DNA of 64,000 bases from a virus (Duplodnaviria; Caudoviricetes). The notes under the pieces were generated by a model. It was not told where the DNA came from, did not search any database, and was given only the letters and a program-made list of their open reading frames with translations. Made by a program: the position numbers and the translations under genes. The DNA is taken from the IMG/VR virus record IMGVR_UViG_3300032225_001437, positions 32,001-96,000 of that record, one strand, 5' to 3'. Positions 43,854 through 53,101 of the stretch are shown here, piece after piece (position 1 is the first letter of the stretch; the number at the start of each line of letters is the position of its first letter).

Positions 43854-44699
43854 TTATTTATTGTGTTGCAATTCAATGTAATAAATTTTATGGACAGGCC
43901 ATGTGCTAGGGTCTGTGTGATCTTTGTCAGACTCGTACCAGTTGGTGCTTACAAAATGATCTGTTACTTTCAACCCAGAATTTTCAATAAATGGTAAAAA
44001 GTCTTCAAGAGTGCTGCCGGCATGATTTTCTTGAAGAAGAATTATGCCGTCCTCGGTTAGATTGTTTTTGATGTTGGCAAAAAAATTCTGATGTGCTTCC
44101 CAATTGATATCCGAAGTAAGTCTGTTCCGATTGTCAACCAATAAACTTTCTACTTCATACACCGGTGCATGTGGAGGATTTGCCACTACCAAGTCAAACA
44201 TTTCATGCTTGGGAAGTAGTGCAAGGTCCTTGAGTAAATAGATGCTGACATTATTTTTGACTTGATTGGGTGCATACATCATTGTTTCTTCGGCACACAA
44301 CAAAGCCGGGTCGTGGATGTCACTGAGACAAACATTTTTACAAATGCCATGATCAAGTAGACTATATGCTATAAATCCAGGACCCGAACACCATTCATAT
44401 GCTTTGTGAAAAATACGATTTGGATATTTTTTATTAATAACCGAAATGTAATCTTGGCCAAACCCTGTGCCGCCACCGTCTTGACCTTCGAGATGAAATA
44501 CACTGATTCCGCGCCGCCCGGTAGTGATAAATCTTTTTATATAATCCTTGTTGGGACCGTAGCCAAATTGATGTAATTCGTCTTGGACCCATTGAGGCAA
44601 CTTTATAAAATCTACTTCAGGTGGTGCAGTTTGCGGCCAGTCCGGACCTTTGAGTTTATCATACAATTCTGTCCACTTTGCATGATTTTTATACAGCAT
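43854..44699 (-). CDS. SAM-dependent methyltransferase (PrmC/HemK-like NPP motif)
   Basis: EWCSGPGFI, DLVVANPPH, LTEDG. Confidence 0.8.
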   Translation of the reverse strand: MLYKNHAKWTELYDKLKGPDWPQTAPPEVDFIKLPQWVQDELHQFGYGPNKDYIKRFITTGRRGISVFHLEGQDGGGTGFGQDYISVINKKYPNRIFHKAYEWCSGPGFIAYSLLDHGICKNVCLSDIHDPALLCAEETMMYAPNQVKNNVSIYLLKDLALLPKHEMFDLVVANPPHAPVYEVESLLVDNRNRLTSDINWEAHQNFFANIKNNLTEDGIILLQENHAGSTLEDFLPFIENSGLKVTDHFVSTNWYESDKDHTDPSTWPVHKIYYIELQHNK

Positions 44700-44701
44700 A
44701 G

Positions 44702-44965
44702 TTAAAGTGTTTTGCCCACGCTGGTCAAGATTGTTTCTAACAGTTCGTGATCTTGCTGTTCACGTCCAAATTCACTCTTGTGTGCTAATTTGATAGCTTT
44801 CTTAAGGATGTTGGGTTTGATATCCATTTCTTCGGCAATGGCTTTGACTGTGTCATTGAGCCCGCCGGTCAAGGTTTCAATTTCCATCATGACCTGCATG
44901 CCTTCATTGATCACTTGGGTAAGTTTGGCCGATTCGGCGCCGCTAAAAATTCTGCTATTGGACAT
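44702..44965 (-). CDS. T4 DsbA-like small dsDNA-binding protein
   Basis: Helical, IAEEMDIKPNILKKAIKLAHK; promoter TTGACT-N16-TATAAT at 44991-45018. Confidence 0.6.
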   Translation of the reverse strand: MSNSRIFSGAESAKLTQVINEGMQVMMEIETLTGGLNDTVKAIAEEMDIKPNILKKAIKLAHKSEFGREQQDHELLETILTSVGKTL

Positions 44966-45035
44966 TCAATTCTCCTATGTAAGTTTTACTATTATACACG
45001 ATTATTTTAGCAAGTCAACGGTATTTTGGTAAAGC

Positions 45036-46091
45036 TCAATTGGATGATTGTTTGCGTTGTTCTATATATTTGCTTATTTCTGCGGCCAACGTTATACGTC
45101 CGATATATTGCGATTGAACTTGAATGATACTGTCGATTACCGATTTGAAGGTGTCTCGGGTGCGGTCTAGCGCATTGTTATCATGCCACCAAGCGGTATT
45201 CCAATGTCCCCAATCTACTATTTTTTGATAATTTATGCTGGCATTATATTGACCAGCAAAATTAGCAAACGATTCAATTTCATGATAGTTATTTTTTTGT
45301 ATACAGAATCTAAACAACATGGGTTTTTTAAAATTGTTTTTTACAAAATCTAATCCTAACAATAGTTCATTCCAATCTCCACCTCTGACTTGAGCGTATG
45401 TTTCGGGGGTTGAAGCATCAATGCTGATGGAAAAGGAATCAATCAAATGGCCAATGCTGCTGAGAAGTTCTTGATTGCGATGGATCAATGTTCCGTTGGT
45501 GGTAATATCCAGCTTGAGATTGGTGTGCGGGTAATCTTGCAAAGACTTTAAAAAAGCCAATCCGCTGTGGCTGGCAAAAACCTCACCACTGCCTACCGGA
45601 ATCAAATGTATAATTTTGTTAGGATTATCAAGTCCCCACTGTTTTATGCTTTCGTACAATTCGATTTGTTTGTTGATTGTGTCTGAGTGTTTTTCAATGA
45701 TAATGCCTTCTCGGCAACTGGGACATTTTAAATTACAACTTCGATCCATATCCAATTTGATAATTTTTGGAAATTTTCGAGCTGTGGGCAAGACCTTCGG
45801 TCTTGCAGGCAAGGTAGCCAAGTGAGCACAATCCCAACTACAATAGGTAAAATCTTCGTCAGCAACGGATTGCCTTACACGATCAGCTGCTTCACTTAAC
45901 CAAATGTCTTGTAGACTGTTTTTATAAATGTTGCCAATGGTGTACGGCATAAATGCCTGACAGTCACACAATTGCACATCGCCATCTTGATCAATTTGCA
46001 AAGTGTCGAACGGTATGCGACAAAATTTTCCCTTGTATTTGGGTTTTTTGACTGGGTTGTATTTGTAAAATTTCAGGGTGTCGACATGCAT
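45036..46091 (-). CDS. radical SAM protein with an N-terminal SPASM/twitch domain
   Basis: CRIPF..DGDVQLC..IGNI..SLQDIW; CNLKCPSC; TTNG; ISIDA. Confidence 0.85.
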   Translation of the reverse strand: MHVDTLKFYKYNPVKKPKYKGKFCRIPFDTLQIDQDGDVQLCDCQAFMPYTIGNIYKNSLQDIWLSEAADRVRQSVADEDFTYCSWDCAHLATLPARPKVLPTARKFPKIIKLDMDRSCNLKCPSCREGIIIEKHSDTINKQIELYESIKQWGLDNPNKIIHLIPVGSGEVFASHSGLAFLKSLQDYPHTNLKLDITTNGTLIHRNQELLSSIGHLIDSFSISIDASTPETYAQVRGGDWNELLLGLDFVKNNFKKPMLFRFCIQKNNYHEIESFANFAGQYNASINYQKIVDWGHWNTAWWHDNNALDRTRDTFKSVIDSIIQVQSQYIGRITLAAEISKYIEQRKQSSN

Positions 46092-46130
46092 ATGAAATTA
46101 CTTAGCGTATGGTTGATTGTAAAAAATATT

Positions 46131-46230
46131 TGCTCACTTTAAAAACGCATTCCGGGGCACGACTCCCATACGTTCTAGCCCAGCAGCCGGGCAACCCTGA
46201 AGTAACCATAAGGTCCTAAGGTAGGGTGTT
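46131..46230 (-). ncRNA. GC-rich multi-stem structured RNA candidate
   Basis: ACCCT...AGGGT, GCCCGG-CTG-CTGGGC and AGAACGTAT...ATGCGTTTT stems in an intergenic region. Confidence 0.45.
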
Positions 46231-46824
46231 CTATTTGATTCCGATCTTCATGTAGTCTTCATACAGGCCATCTGGATCTGTTAATTCCAGTGTATTTTGG
46301 TATAGAGTTTTGGCAATAGGCCATGCCCGATCAAACTCTGCAAAATTTTTGTATTGATTAACGGCACCGGGATCGCGGTTGCGAGCTTGGAGCACAACCA
46401 TGGTGCCGTTAGGAATATTATCCAACCATGCCTGCCCTTTGATGTTGTGACAGCTCAAATTGATTACCAGGCCATTGCGGCCAAGTTGTTGATACGTTAA
46501 TTCATTGGCATCTTTGAGCATGGGCTCAGTTTTGTTGTCCAAACCCAATTTGGCCAATCGTTGTTGTCCGACCCTGAGTGCCGTGTCATTGTTATCAACA
46601 TTGATAATTTGATCAAACGTGATATACTTGTTAAGCATAAACAACAACAAGGCCACATTGCCATACCAAGATCCTAAAATATAAATGGTGTCAAAGCGAT
46701 TTTTAATTTGAGATAAAGTGGCAACGGCCCAGAATCTTTCCAGATTGAGACTACTGCCGTTACTACCGGTCAAGGTATTTGGATATAGTTCAACAAGGGG
46801 AGTAAGGATTTCTTGGGCGATCAT
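46231..46824 (-). CDS. class I SAM-methyltransferase-like protein
   Basis: IYILGSWYG, NVD, VINLSC; start MIAQEILTPLVE. Confidence 0.65.
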   Translation of the reverse strand: MIAQEILTPLVELYPNTLTGSNGSSLNLERFWAVATLSQIKNRFDTIYILGSWYGNVALLLFMLNKYITFDQIINVDNNDTALRVGQQRLAKLGLDNKTEPMLKDANELTYQQLGRNGLVINLSCHNIKGQAWLDNIPNGTMVVLQARNRDPGAVNQYKNFAEFDRAWPIAKTLYQNTLELTDPDGLYEDYMKIGIK

Positions 46825-46861
46825 AACCATCATCCTCAGGGTATACAGGGTAGTCGTTCAT
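46790..46861 (-). CDS. 23-aa peptide
   Basis: MNDYPVYPEDDGYDRPRNPYSPC*; ATGA overlap with the upstream stop. Confidence 0.35.
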   Translation of the reverse strand: MNDYPVYPEDDGYDRPRNPYSPC

Positions 46862-47490
46862 TTGCCATCCACATGCAATTGACTGCCTTTGTTGAAGCTG
46901 GGACTCCATGGACTATTGGCCACACGCCCGCCTTTGCTTTGGCTCCATGCATAGCCAGCTCTGTGACCCGAACAGTCTTTGGTACAAGTTGATCCTAAGA
47001 AACTGAGTTCGTGTAATTCATCTTTTAAAAATGTGTCAGCAAAGGCTTTGCATAATTTTTCAATTTTGGGATTGCGTGTAATTTCTAAGTGGTACTGTTT
47101 GTGTCCAGGTTCTTGTGTAGGATCTTGGTAGCCGGCATAGACTTTATGCACACCAACTTCATCTATTAGATCACTACAGTTAACACCTTCGCGTTCTGAC
47201 ATGGCCTGTGTGCATGGACTACAGGTTGTGATAATAATACTGCCTGCAGGTATAGAACCAAAGCGGGCATGGTAACTGTCTATAGCGGCTCGTTCGCCAT
47301 GCACACGTTTGCCGTCTTGGGTAGGGTAGTTGATACCAACTACACAATTATTATCAGGATCCAACACAGCAGCCGCGACCATACCTAGGTCTTGATCTTT
47401 TTGTTGACCTTGAATCACCAGTGAACACAACTCAGTTAGAATTTGATCTAACTTGTTGTGATTGCGAATTTCAAAATCAGCAAGTATCAT
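46858..47490 (-). CDS. zinc-dependent (cytidine/deoxycytidylate-type) deaminase-like protein with a C-terminal Cys module
   Basis: VHGERAAI, TCSPC...NC; after LHE comes CTKDCSGHRAGYAW. Confidence 0.7.
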   Translation of the reverse strand: MILADFEIRNHNKLDQILTELCSLVIQGQQKDQDLGMVAAAVLDPDNNCVVGINYPTQDGKRVHGERAAIDSYHARFGSIPAGSIIITTCSPCTQAMSEREGVNCSDLIDEVGVHKVYAGYQDPTQEPGHKQYHLEITRNPKIEKLCKAFADTFLKDELHELSFLGSTCTKDCSGHRAGYAWSQSKGGRVANSPWSPSFNKGSQLHVDGK

Positions 47491-50400
47491 TAAGCACCAA
47501 GAATTTGTCGTACTTGATTGACATAAGCACTGACGTCGCTGGTGCCTATTTCATCCACATCGCCTACATTGTAAGCAACTTCTTCGGCGGCCTGCATGAC
47601 TTTGTCAGGACCAAACTGCATGAGCAGGTCTGTGTGTGCTACCATGATACGATTAAGAATAGCACGTTCGACAGCATCACTACTGGTAGAACTTTCTTCA
47701 GTTAACCCGGCCTTACGTGCTGCAAACTCCAAGTCTAGCAGGCGTTGACGAATATAATCTCTATCTTGTTTGTCTAACCCTGGTACATTTAGTTGTTGTT
47801 GTAAATGATCACGTTTGTCTAGATAATCTTCTTTGTTTCTCAAAGGATTGTGACCAGAACGATTAGGAGTAGCTTCGCCCAACTCCATATCTTTTCGATC
47901 TTTGGCACGTTTACGAGCATAGTCAGTCTGTGGATTCTTAGGCAGGGGTTTTACTGGACGACCAGCATCTACATCACGTTCACGCTGACGACGCTTAGAA
48001 TAATCTGTCGAGCCTTCCGCCACACCTTGCTCTTTGTGTTTCTTAATATCGTTGGCAAATTGTTTCTTGGTGGCTTTTATAATTCCGCTAAATCGTTTAT
48101 CACCACGCTCAAAGTTGCCTGCCTTGTCAGCGGCACCAGCATCTAAGGCAGCAGCCTGTTTGTATTGAGCTAGTTTTTCTGTTGATAGTTCATTCACAGT
48201 AGACTCTTCTACCTCGCCTACTGATTTGGCACGGTTATATTCATCGTAGCCGTGATATACTTTGGCTTTTGCTTGAGAAACTCGTGATTGTGGGTTAAGT
48301 CTATTTGATACTATTTTCGCGACCATTGGGTCAACCGGTTCGGATTTTTTCTTTGGTTCGGATTTTTTCTTTGCTATAAAACCCAATAGTCCTTCGTCAA
48401 GTTGATCATCTGAGAACTCCATAAAATCATATGGTCCCCAAGGTTGGCCGGTGCGGCCGTCATTGCCATCTAGATCACCATGCTCATAGTAGTCATCACT
48501 ATATATTTCTACACCGTCAAAGTCTGAGTTGTAGTCAATATGCAGTTTACGTGTTTTGCCATCAGGACAAACAATGCCACGATTCAACAAGCGTTCTACA
48601 TCTTCTTTGCTTTTAATACCTTTTTGCAAACTGCCAGTGTTGAATGTGCCATTGTACCAGGCACTTGCCAGGGCTTGGAAATAATTGCCTGATCCTCCAC
48701 CTTGCCCTGGTGCAAATTCTTTCAATGAGCCGCCTTGTGCTTTAGCAGCCGCTTCACGCTTCTTGCGGAAGATTTCGCGGAAGTAATCGTCATCCTCTTC
48801 CGGGCTGTAAGGATACGGATTATGTTCTCTGCTGGATTGTTTGCGCGGACTATCACCTGGACGGTCATAATCAATGCCTGGTAAATCTTCCGGTCTGCCT
48901 TCCGCCATGCCTTGTTTCTGAATCCGGTCAGCATAGAACTCGCTGGATGCAACCTTGCCACCGTTTTTGGCAGCATAAGTCTTGGCACCTGTATGCGTTT
49001 TAAACTTTACAACTTTATTACCGTTGTAGACTACCCATGAGCCAGTTGGATCTGCTTTGGCTTCTCTATACTGTTCGGGCTTATATACCTTTAGTGTAGA
49101 AGCATCATCACTATAAGGACTGACTTTAGGATTACTTGGTGCGGTCATTTGATCCAACATCTGTTGTGCTTGTTCTACACCTATCAAGTATCTACCAACT
49201 CTGTTTGGATCTGCTGCCCGTTGCAAATATTCCTTACTGTATCCGGTTGATGCCGCTTGCGGTTGTGCAAACGGCAAGGGCGCAACCTGTTGCTTGCCGT
49301 TGGCTCGTGCTTGTAGTTCTGCTTTGGCATCATCGATACTTACCATTGGACGTGGATGTTCGCCAGATGCTACTTGTTGTAGATATGGTGTTCCGAATTG
49401 ACTTAAATCGGCAGCTTGAGCATGACCAGCACCACCCAATGCACTTAGGCCTACCATTGCGGCGCCGGCTAAATTACTTTTCCAACCTTCATCTAATTCC
49501 TCATCATACCAATCATTCTCTTCCTCTTGGTCAGCGTAGTCGTTATATGCAACATCACTTAGATGCATACTGTGTTTGCCGTGATTGTATAAGTTAACAA
49601 TAACAAATGTGCCACTTGGACTGAGGTCGTAAATTTCTCCAGTCTTGCCTTCGAACTCGTTAGGTGCTGTAACAACAACAGGATCACCACGTTGTAAGCG
49701 TTGACCTTCGTTTATAGATTCTGCCGCTCGTCTCAAACTTTGAACAGGCGGTTGTGTTTCTGCGTCGTTGTCTGGGAATAAGTCAACAACATTACCACCT
49801 CTCATGCTAGCGGGTGCTGGACCATTGGCAACGCCTTGAACTTGTCTTGGTTGTGCCAAGCTCCGAGCCATCTGACTCATTGCATTGGATTTTGATTTAA
49901 ATTGTTGCACAGGTTCAGCCGGTTCAGCTTTGGCTGCAGGTTGAGCCGTCTGGGCTTGAGGTTCTGCATCTGCCGGAGCATTTGGAATTAAATTAATTGT
50001 GCGAGATTGCGATCTATCAGCAGTATCAGCGCCGTCAGACTGACTTGGGCCGCCCATTTGATCAATTGCCTGTGCCAAATTTGCATTGGTTCGTTCCACG
50101 TGTGCCAACTGTTGCTCCAGGCGATCGTTTTCATTGTCTAAACTACCAATTTCCTTGCCTTGTTTTCGATCCAGGGCCACTAGCTGTTGTAGCAGTCGAT
50201 CTTGTTCGGTGTTGGCACCTTTGATGGCTGACAATTGTTGCTGGCTTCGCTCGTTGGAATCTATTTCACTTTTGGCCACAGCTTCCACATCGCTTCGGGC
50301 CGCAGGATATTGAGCACGAAGTTTTTGTAACTCTCTAGCAACTTTAACATCGCCAGCAACTACATCCGAATTGGAGTTAAACTTTTTTTTTTCTTGTAGC

Positions 50401-51251
50401 GGCAGTTCGCCTTGTGCAGGAATGCCTGGAAGTTCGGGTTGGACTGCACTATGCCAACCTAATCGTTTCAACGTGGTCAAAACTTCATCTGCGCTGGGCA
50501 ATACACGATAGATAAAATGATTTTTCATTTGATCATTTTCTAAGCCATCGTAATAGTCGCTGATTAAATCAATACCGTTTTTATCTAAATGAATGTTGTC
50601 TTTGGGGTTAGGAAACTCTAATGTAACAGTAGGAATATTACTCATGTTGGCTTTAAGTAATCGTTGGAAATTACCTGTACCAAATGCTCGCGGTGACTGC
50701 TGATAATCGCCATATGGTTTGGTTTCCTCAGCAAATGCCTCTGGTGGATTTTCTTTGAGCATACGTTCTACTTGTGCAACATAAGCACTGACATCACTTG
50801 AACCAATTTCTTCAACGTCACCCACATAGTCGGCTACATTGTCAATGGCTGCACCTACCAGTTCAGGACCGTATTGTTTTAATAAATCATGACGTTGCAT
50901 TAAAATACGACGAGTAATTGCGCTGGCCACTGGGCTTGAATTAGAGTCTTCACCGACTACAGTGCCGTAACCCATGCAATCATCTAGTTTGCCTTTGGTT
51001 GTGCCTAATGTGCCACTGGCGTTCATGCCTGTGGCTGGATTGATTTTAAAATAACTGTCGCGTTCGGCTTTGATTTTTTGAAACTCACGCTTAAGAGCAT
51101 CACGCATTTTTGGATTTGCACCTTTGGCACGATCCAGTAGATCTAACATTTTCATGTTTAGGTCATCGATGCGACGAGCTTCAAGATTATCTACTGCACC
51201 TTCTTTGAGTTCTCGTTCATATTTTGTGTTGAATAGATCTAATGCAAACAT
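47490..51251 (-). CDS. large modular protein (putative internal head polyprotein)
   Basis: Short modules separated by LKE/VGE/LQE/INE/LDE/MAE/VNE/VAE/LTE; duplicated module (QYGP/QFGP...GDVEEIGSSDVSAYV). Confidence 0.7.
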   Translation of the reverse strand: MFALDLFNTKYERELKEGAVDNLEARRIDDLNMKMLDLLDRAKGANPKMRDALKREFQKIKAERDSYFKINPATGMNASGTLGTTKGKLDDCMGYGTVVGEDSNSSPVASAITRRILMQRHDLLKQYGPELVGAAIDNVADYVGDVEEIGSSDVSAYVAQVERMLKENPPEAFAEETKPYGDYQQSPRAFGTGNFQRLLKANMSNIPTVTLEFPNPKDNIHLDKNGIDLISDYYDGLENDQMKNHFIYRVLPSADEVLTTLKRLGWHSAVQPELPGIPAQGELPLQEKKKFNSNSDVVAGDVKVARELQKLRAQYPAARSDVEAVAKSEIDSNERSQQQLSAIKGANTEQDRLLQQLVALDRKQGKEIGSLDNENDRLEQQLAHVERTNANLAQAIDQMGGPSQSDGADTADRSQSRTINLIPNAPADAEPQAQTAQPAAKAEPAEPVQQFKSKSNAMSQMARSLAQPRQVQGVANGPAPASMRGGNVVDLFPDNDAETQPPVQSLRRAAESINEGQRLQRGDPVVVTAPNEFEGKTGEIYDLSPSGTFVIVNLYNHGKHSMHLSDVAYNDYADQEEENDWYDEELDEGWKSNLAGAAMVGLSALGGAGHAQAADLSQFGTPYLQQVASGEHPRPMVSIDDAKAELQARANGKQQVAPLPFAQPQAASTGYSKEYLQRAADPNRVGRYLIGVEQAQQMLDQMTAPSNPKVSPYSDDASTLKVYKPEQYREAKADPTGSWVVYNGNKVVKFKTHTGAKTYAAKNGGKVASSEFYADRIQKQGMAEGRPEDLPGIDYDRPGDSPRKQSSREHNPYPYSPEEDDDYFREIFRKKREAAAKAQGGSLKEFAPGQGGGSGNYFQALASAWYNGTFNTGSLQKGIKSKEDVERLLNRGIVCPDGKTRKLHIDYNSDFDGVEIYSDDYYEHGDLDGNDGRTGQPWGPYDFMEFSDDQLDEGLLGFIAKKKSEPKKKSEPVDPMVAKIVSNRLNPQSRVSQAKAKVYHGYDEYNRAKSVGEVEESTVNELSTEKLAQYKQAAALDAGAADKAGNFERGDKRFSGIIKATKKQFANDIKKHKEQGVAEGSTDYSKRRQRERDVDAGRPVKPLPKNPQTDYARKRAKDRKDMELGEATPNRSGHNPLRNKEDYLDKRDHLQQQLNVPGLDKQDRDYIRQRLLDLEFAARKAGLTEESSTSSDAVERAILNRIMVAHTDLLMQFGPDKVMQAAEEVAYNVGDVDEIGTSDVSAYVNQVRQILGA

Positions 51252-51261
51252 TTATTTTTCC

Positions 51262-51945
51262 TTATGCTTCGTCGATGTAATCTGCTGAATCGTCTTTTTT
51301 ACGCTGACGTGCTGTAAACATCTCCAGGGCCATCTCAGCCTCATCTAAATTTTTAAAACGTGTAGGTAATCGACGATTGCCACGGTGTATTTCAAAGCCA
51401 GTTTTTTCGTCGCCGTGAACTTCCCATAAGCCACATTCGTTAGTGATAGTTTTAACTGCGGTGCTTTCTTTCATGCTGACACCTTCTTCACCGGGTGGTT
51501 GTTGGGCTGGAATTACACCACTCAATGCGGCGCCCAGCTCGCTGTCTTCGTTTTGTTTGGCAACCAAGGCGCGATCTTTTGTGTCTTTTTTCTTCAAGTC
51601 TGTGTCATCTGATTTTTTGTCTTTAAGATCAGAATCTTGCTTGACTTCGTCTGCTATAGATTTTAAGTAATCAGCAAATGATGCTTTAACTTTGCTGAGA
51701 GTATCTTCGCTGGTAACTGCTTCTTCCAATGGCTCTTCGTCTAGTTCTTCTGATTCTTCGCAACCACCAACCAACTTACCGCCCATTGGATTCTTGGGAT
51801 CTGTTCGGGCTGTGAGCACTGCTACCGTTTTTGGTCGGAAGGTTGCTGAAAGCTGATTTACACCGCGTTGATTCTTATCCAGTCCTTCTTCCAGAACACG
51901 GAGACGTTCAACTATTGAGTAGATATCGTTATGGTCTTGTGCCAC
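51262..51945 (-). CDS. acidic putative virion/head protein
   Basis: LEE, LDE and MKE motifs; AAGGA SD. Confidence 0.6.
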   Translation of the reverse strand: MAQDHNDIYSIVERLRVLEEGLDKNQRGVNQLSATFRPKTVAVLTARTDPKNPMGGKLVGGCEESEELDEEPLEEAVTSEDTLSKVKASFADYLKSIADEVKQDSDLKDKKSDDTDLKKKDTKDRALVAKQNEDSELGAALSGVIPAQQPPGEEGVSMKESTAVKTITNECGLWEVHGDEKTGFEIHRGNRRLPTRFKNLDEAEMALEMFTARQRKKDDSADYIDEA

Positions 51946-51948
51946 GGA

Positions 51949-52389
51949 TCATGCCCTTGCTTCTTTCAAATAACTCTTGAGTTGCCACATGTATTTGCCA
52001 TGAGTGGCCATGCGATCTGCAGCAAAGTTTGCTATATCATCGCGTCCTTCGGCAGTAGATGCATCAAACACCTGCTTGCTCATGTCTATCATAGTTTGTG
52101 TATCTGCGAGTAATTCTTCTAACATCAATCGGGCACGAGGAACCTTGATCTGGTCCTGTATTTGTGTTAATTCGTGGAAGCGTGTAAGACTTCCGGGTGC
52201 ATATTCTTCCATAGTACGAATGAATTCAGCTATGACATCAACTGCTTCAAATGCATCTTCGTAAATTTTTTGTAGGAATTTGTGCAGCTGGCCAAAATCC
52301 GGACCCTCAACATTCCAGTGAAACATGTGCGCTTTTAGATAATAACTAAAAGTGCTGGCCAAGTAAGTTTTTAATAAATCAGCTAGCAT
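51949..52389 (-). CDS. dps: Dps / ferritin-like protein
   Basis: KAHMFHWNVEGPDF..LH, D..AE..R, HGKYMWQL. Confidence 0.93.
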   Translation of the reverse strand: MLADLLKTYLASTFSYYLKAHMFHWNVEGPDFGQLHKFLQKIYEDAFEAVDVIAEFIRTMEEYAPGSLTRFHELTQIQDQIKVPRARLMLEELLADTQTMIDMSKQVFDASTAEGRDDIANFAADRMATHGKYMWQLKSYLKEARA

Positions 52390-52598
52390 TATTTCTTCCG
52401 TTTATACTTTTTATATTCTGCAGGCGTGTTAGGCGTTGCATCGTCAGTAGTGTATTTAGCACCCGTAAAGAAGTTGCCACCATTTCTCTTAATCATACCA
52501 CCTAGCGGCATGGCTACAGGGGCTATACTACCTGCACAAGTGGACCCTGCACTGGCACCGCCATTTTCTCGTAAGTCAACAAATTCATGCAGTCTCAT
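52389..52598 (-). CDS. small protein with a capsid-targeting-like N-terminus
   Basis: MRLHEFVDLRE followed by a GGASAGSTCAGSIA module. Confidence 0.65.
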   Translation of the reverse strand: MRLHEFVDLRENGGASAGSTCAGSIAPVAMPLGGMIKRNGGNFFTGAKYTTDDATPNTPAEYKKYKRKK

Positions 52599-52894
52599 TG
52601 GTACGGAGCCTCATCGGTAATTGTTAAGACATTATTTTTAATAGTTCCGGGTCCAAAATCCACACGCATATCGGTTACAATTAGATCAGCCAAGTGCGGG
52701 GGAACCAATTCATGACGTATGGTGTATTCTCCTGGTTCGGCTTCAATTTGTATAAGTTCTTCAAGATAGTGTTCGGTCCAACGCCAAGCACGTTCGGCAA
52801 ATAATTCATCGTTGACGTAGGTGCGATAAATGGGTTGAAAACTTTCCCATTCGCAATCGATATTACACAGCACCCGTATGAATTGTTTGGACAT
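52595..52894 (-). CDS. hypothetical protein
   Basis: YRTYVNDELFAERAWRW; preceded by TAAATA. Confidence 0.7.
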   Translation of the reverse strand: MSKQFIRVLCNIDCEWESFQPIYRTYVNDELFAERAWRWTEHYLEELIQIEAEPGEYTIRHELVPPHLADLIVTDMRVDFGPGTIKNNVLTITDEAPYQ

Positions 52895-52912
52895 GCTGTA
52901 TTTAGTAGCGTT

Positions 52913-53101
52913 TTATTTGACTTCTTTTACGCTACCAACATGCCATTCTTCTACACCGTATTGTGCCCGCATTAATCTACGTGCTTCTGTGGCTGTAGCG
53001 GCAGTCACAGTGACATCAATCCAGCCCACATAGTTGGGCTGTTGTATACGGACCTGGGCAGTCCACAGTCGATACTTGGGATAGATATCTCGAGCTTTCA
53101 T
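52913..53101 (-). CDS. hypothetical protein
   Basis: Start MKARDI, overlapping the upstream stop. Confidence 0.65.
   Translation of the reverse strand: MKARDIYPKYRLWTAQVRIQQPNYVGWIDVTVTAATATEARRLMRAQYGVEEWHVGSVKEVK

Noticed and set aside
46131-46230. SAM-IV-like riboswitch on the plus strand (GGCAACCCT...AGGGTG)
   Set aside because: Only a partial resemblance; that orientation points into the 3' end of a minus-strand gene, and the other SAM core elements were not found
46858-47490. Deaminase as a TadA-like editor for tRNA-Ser(ACU)
   Set aside because: No linkage or TadA-specific motif; I34 would misread AGA Arg codons, so the idea is unsupported
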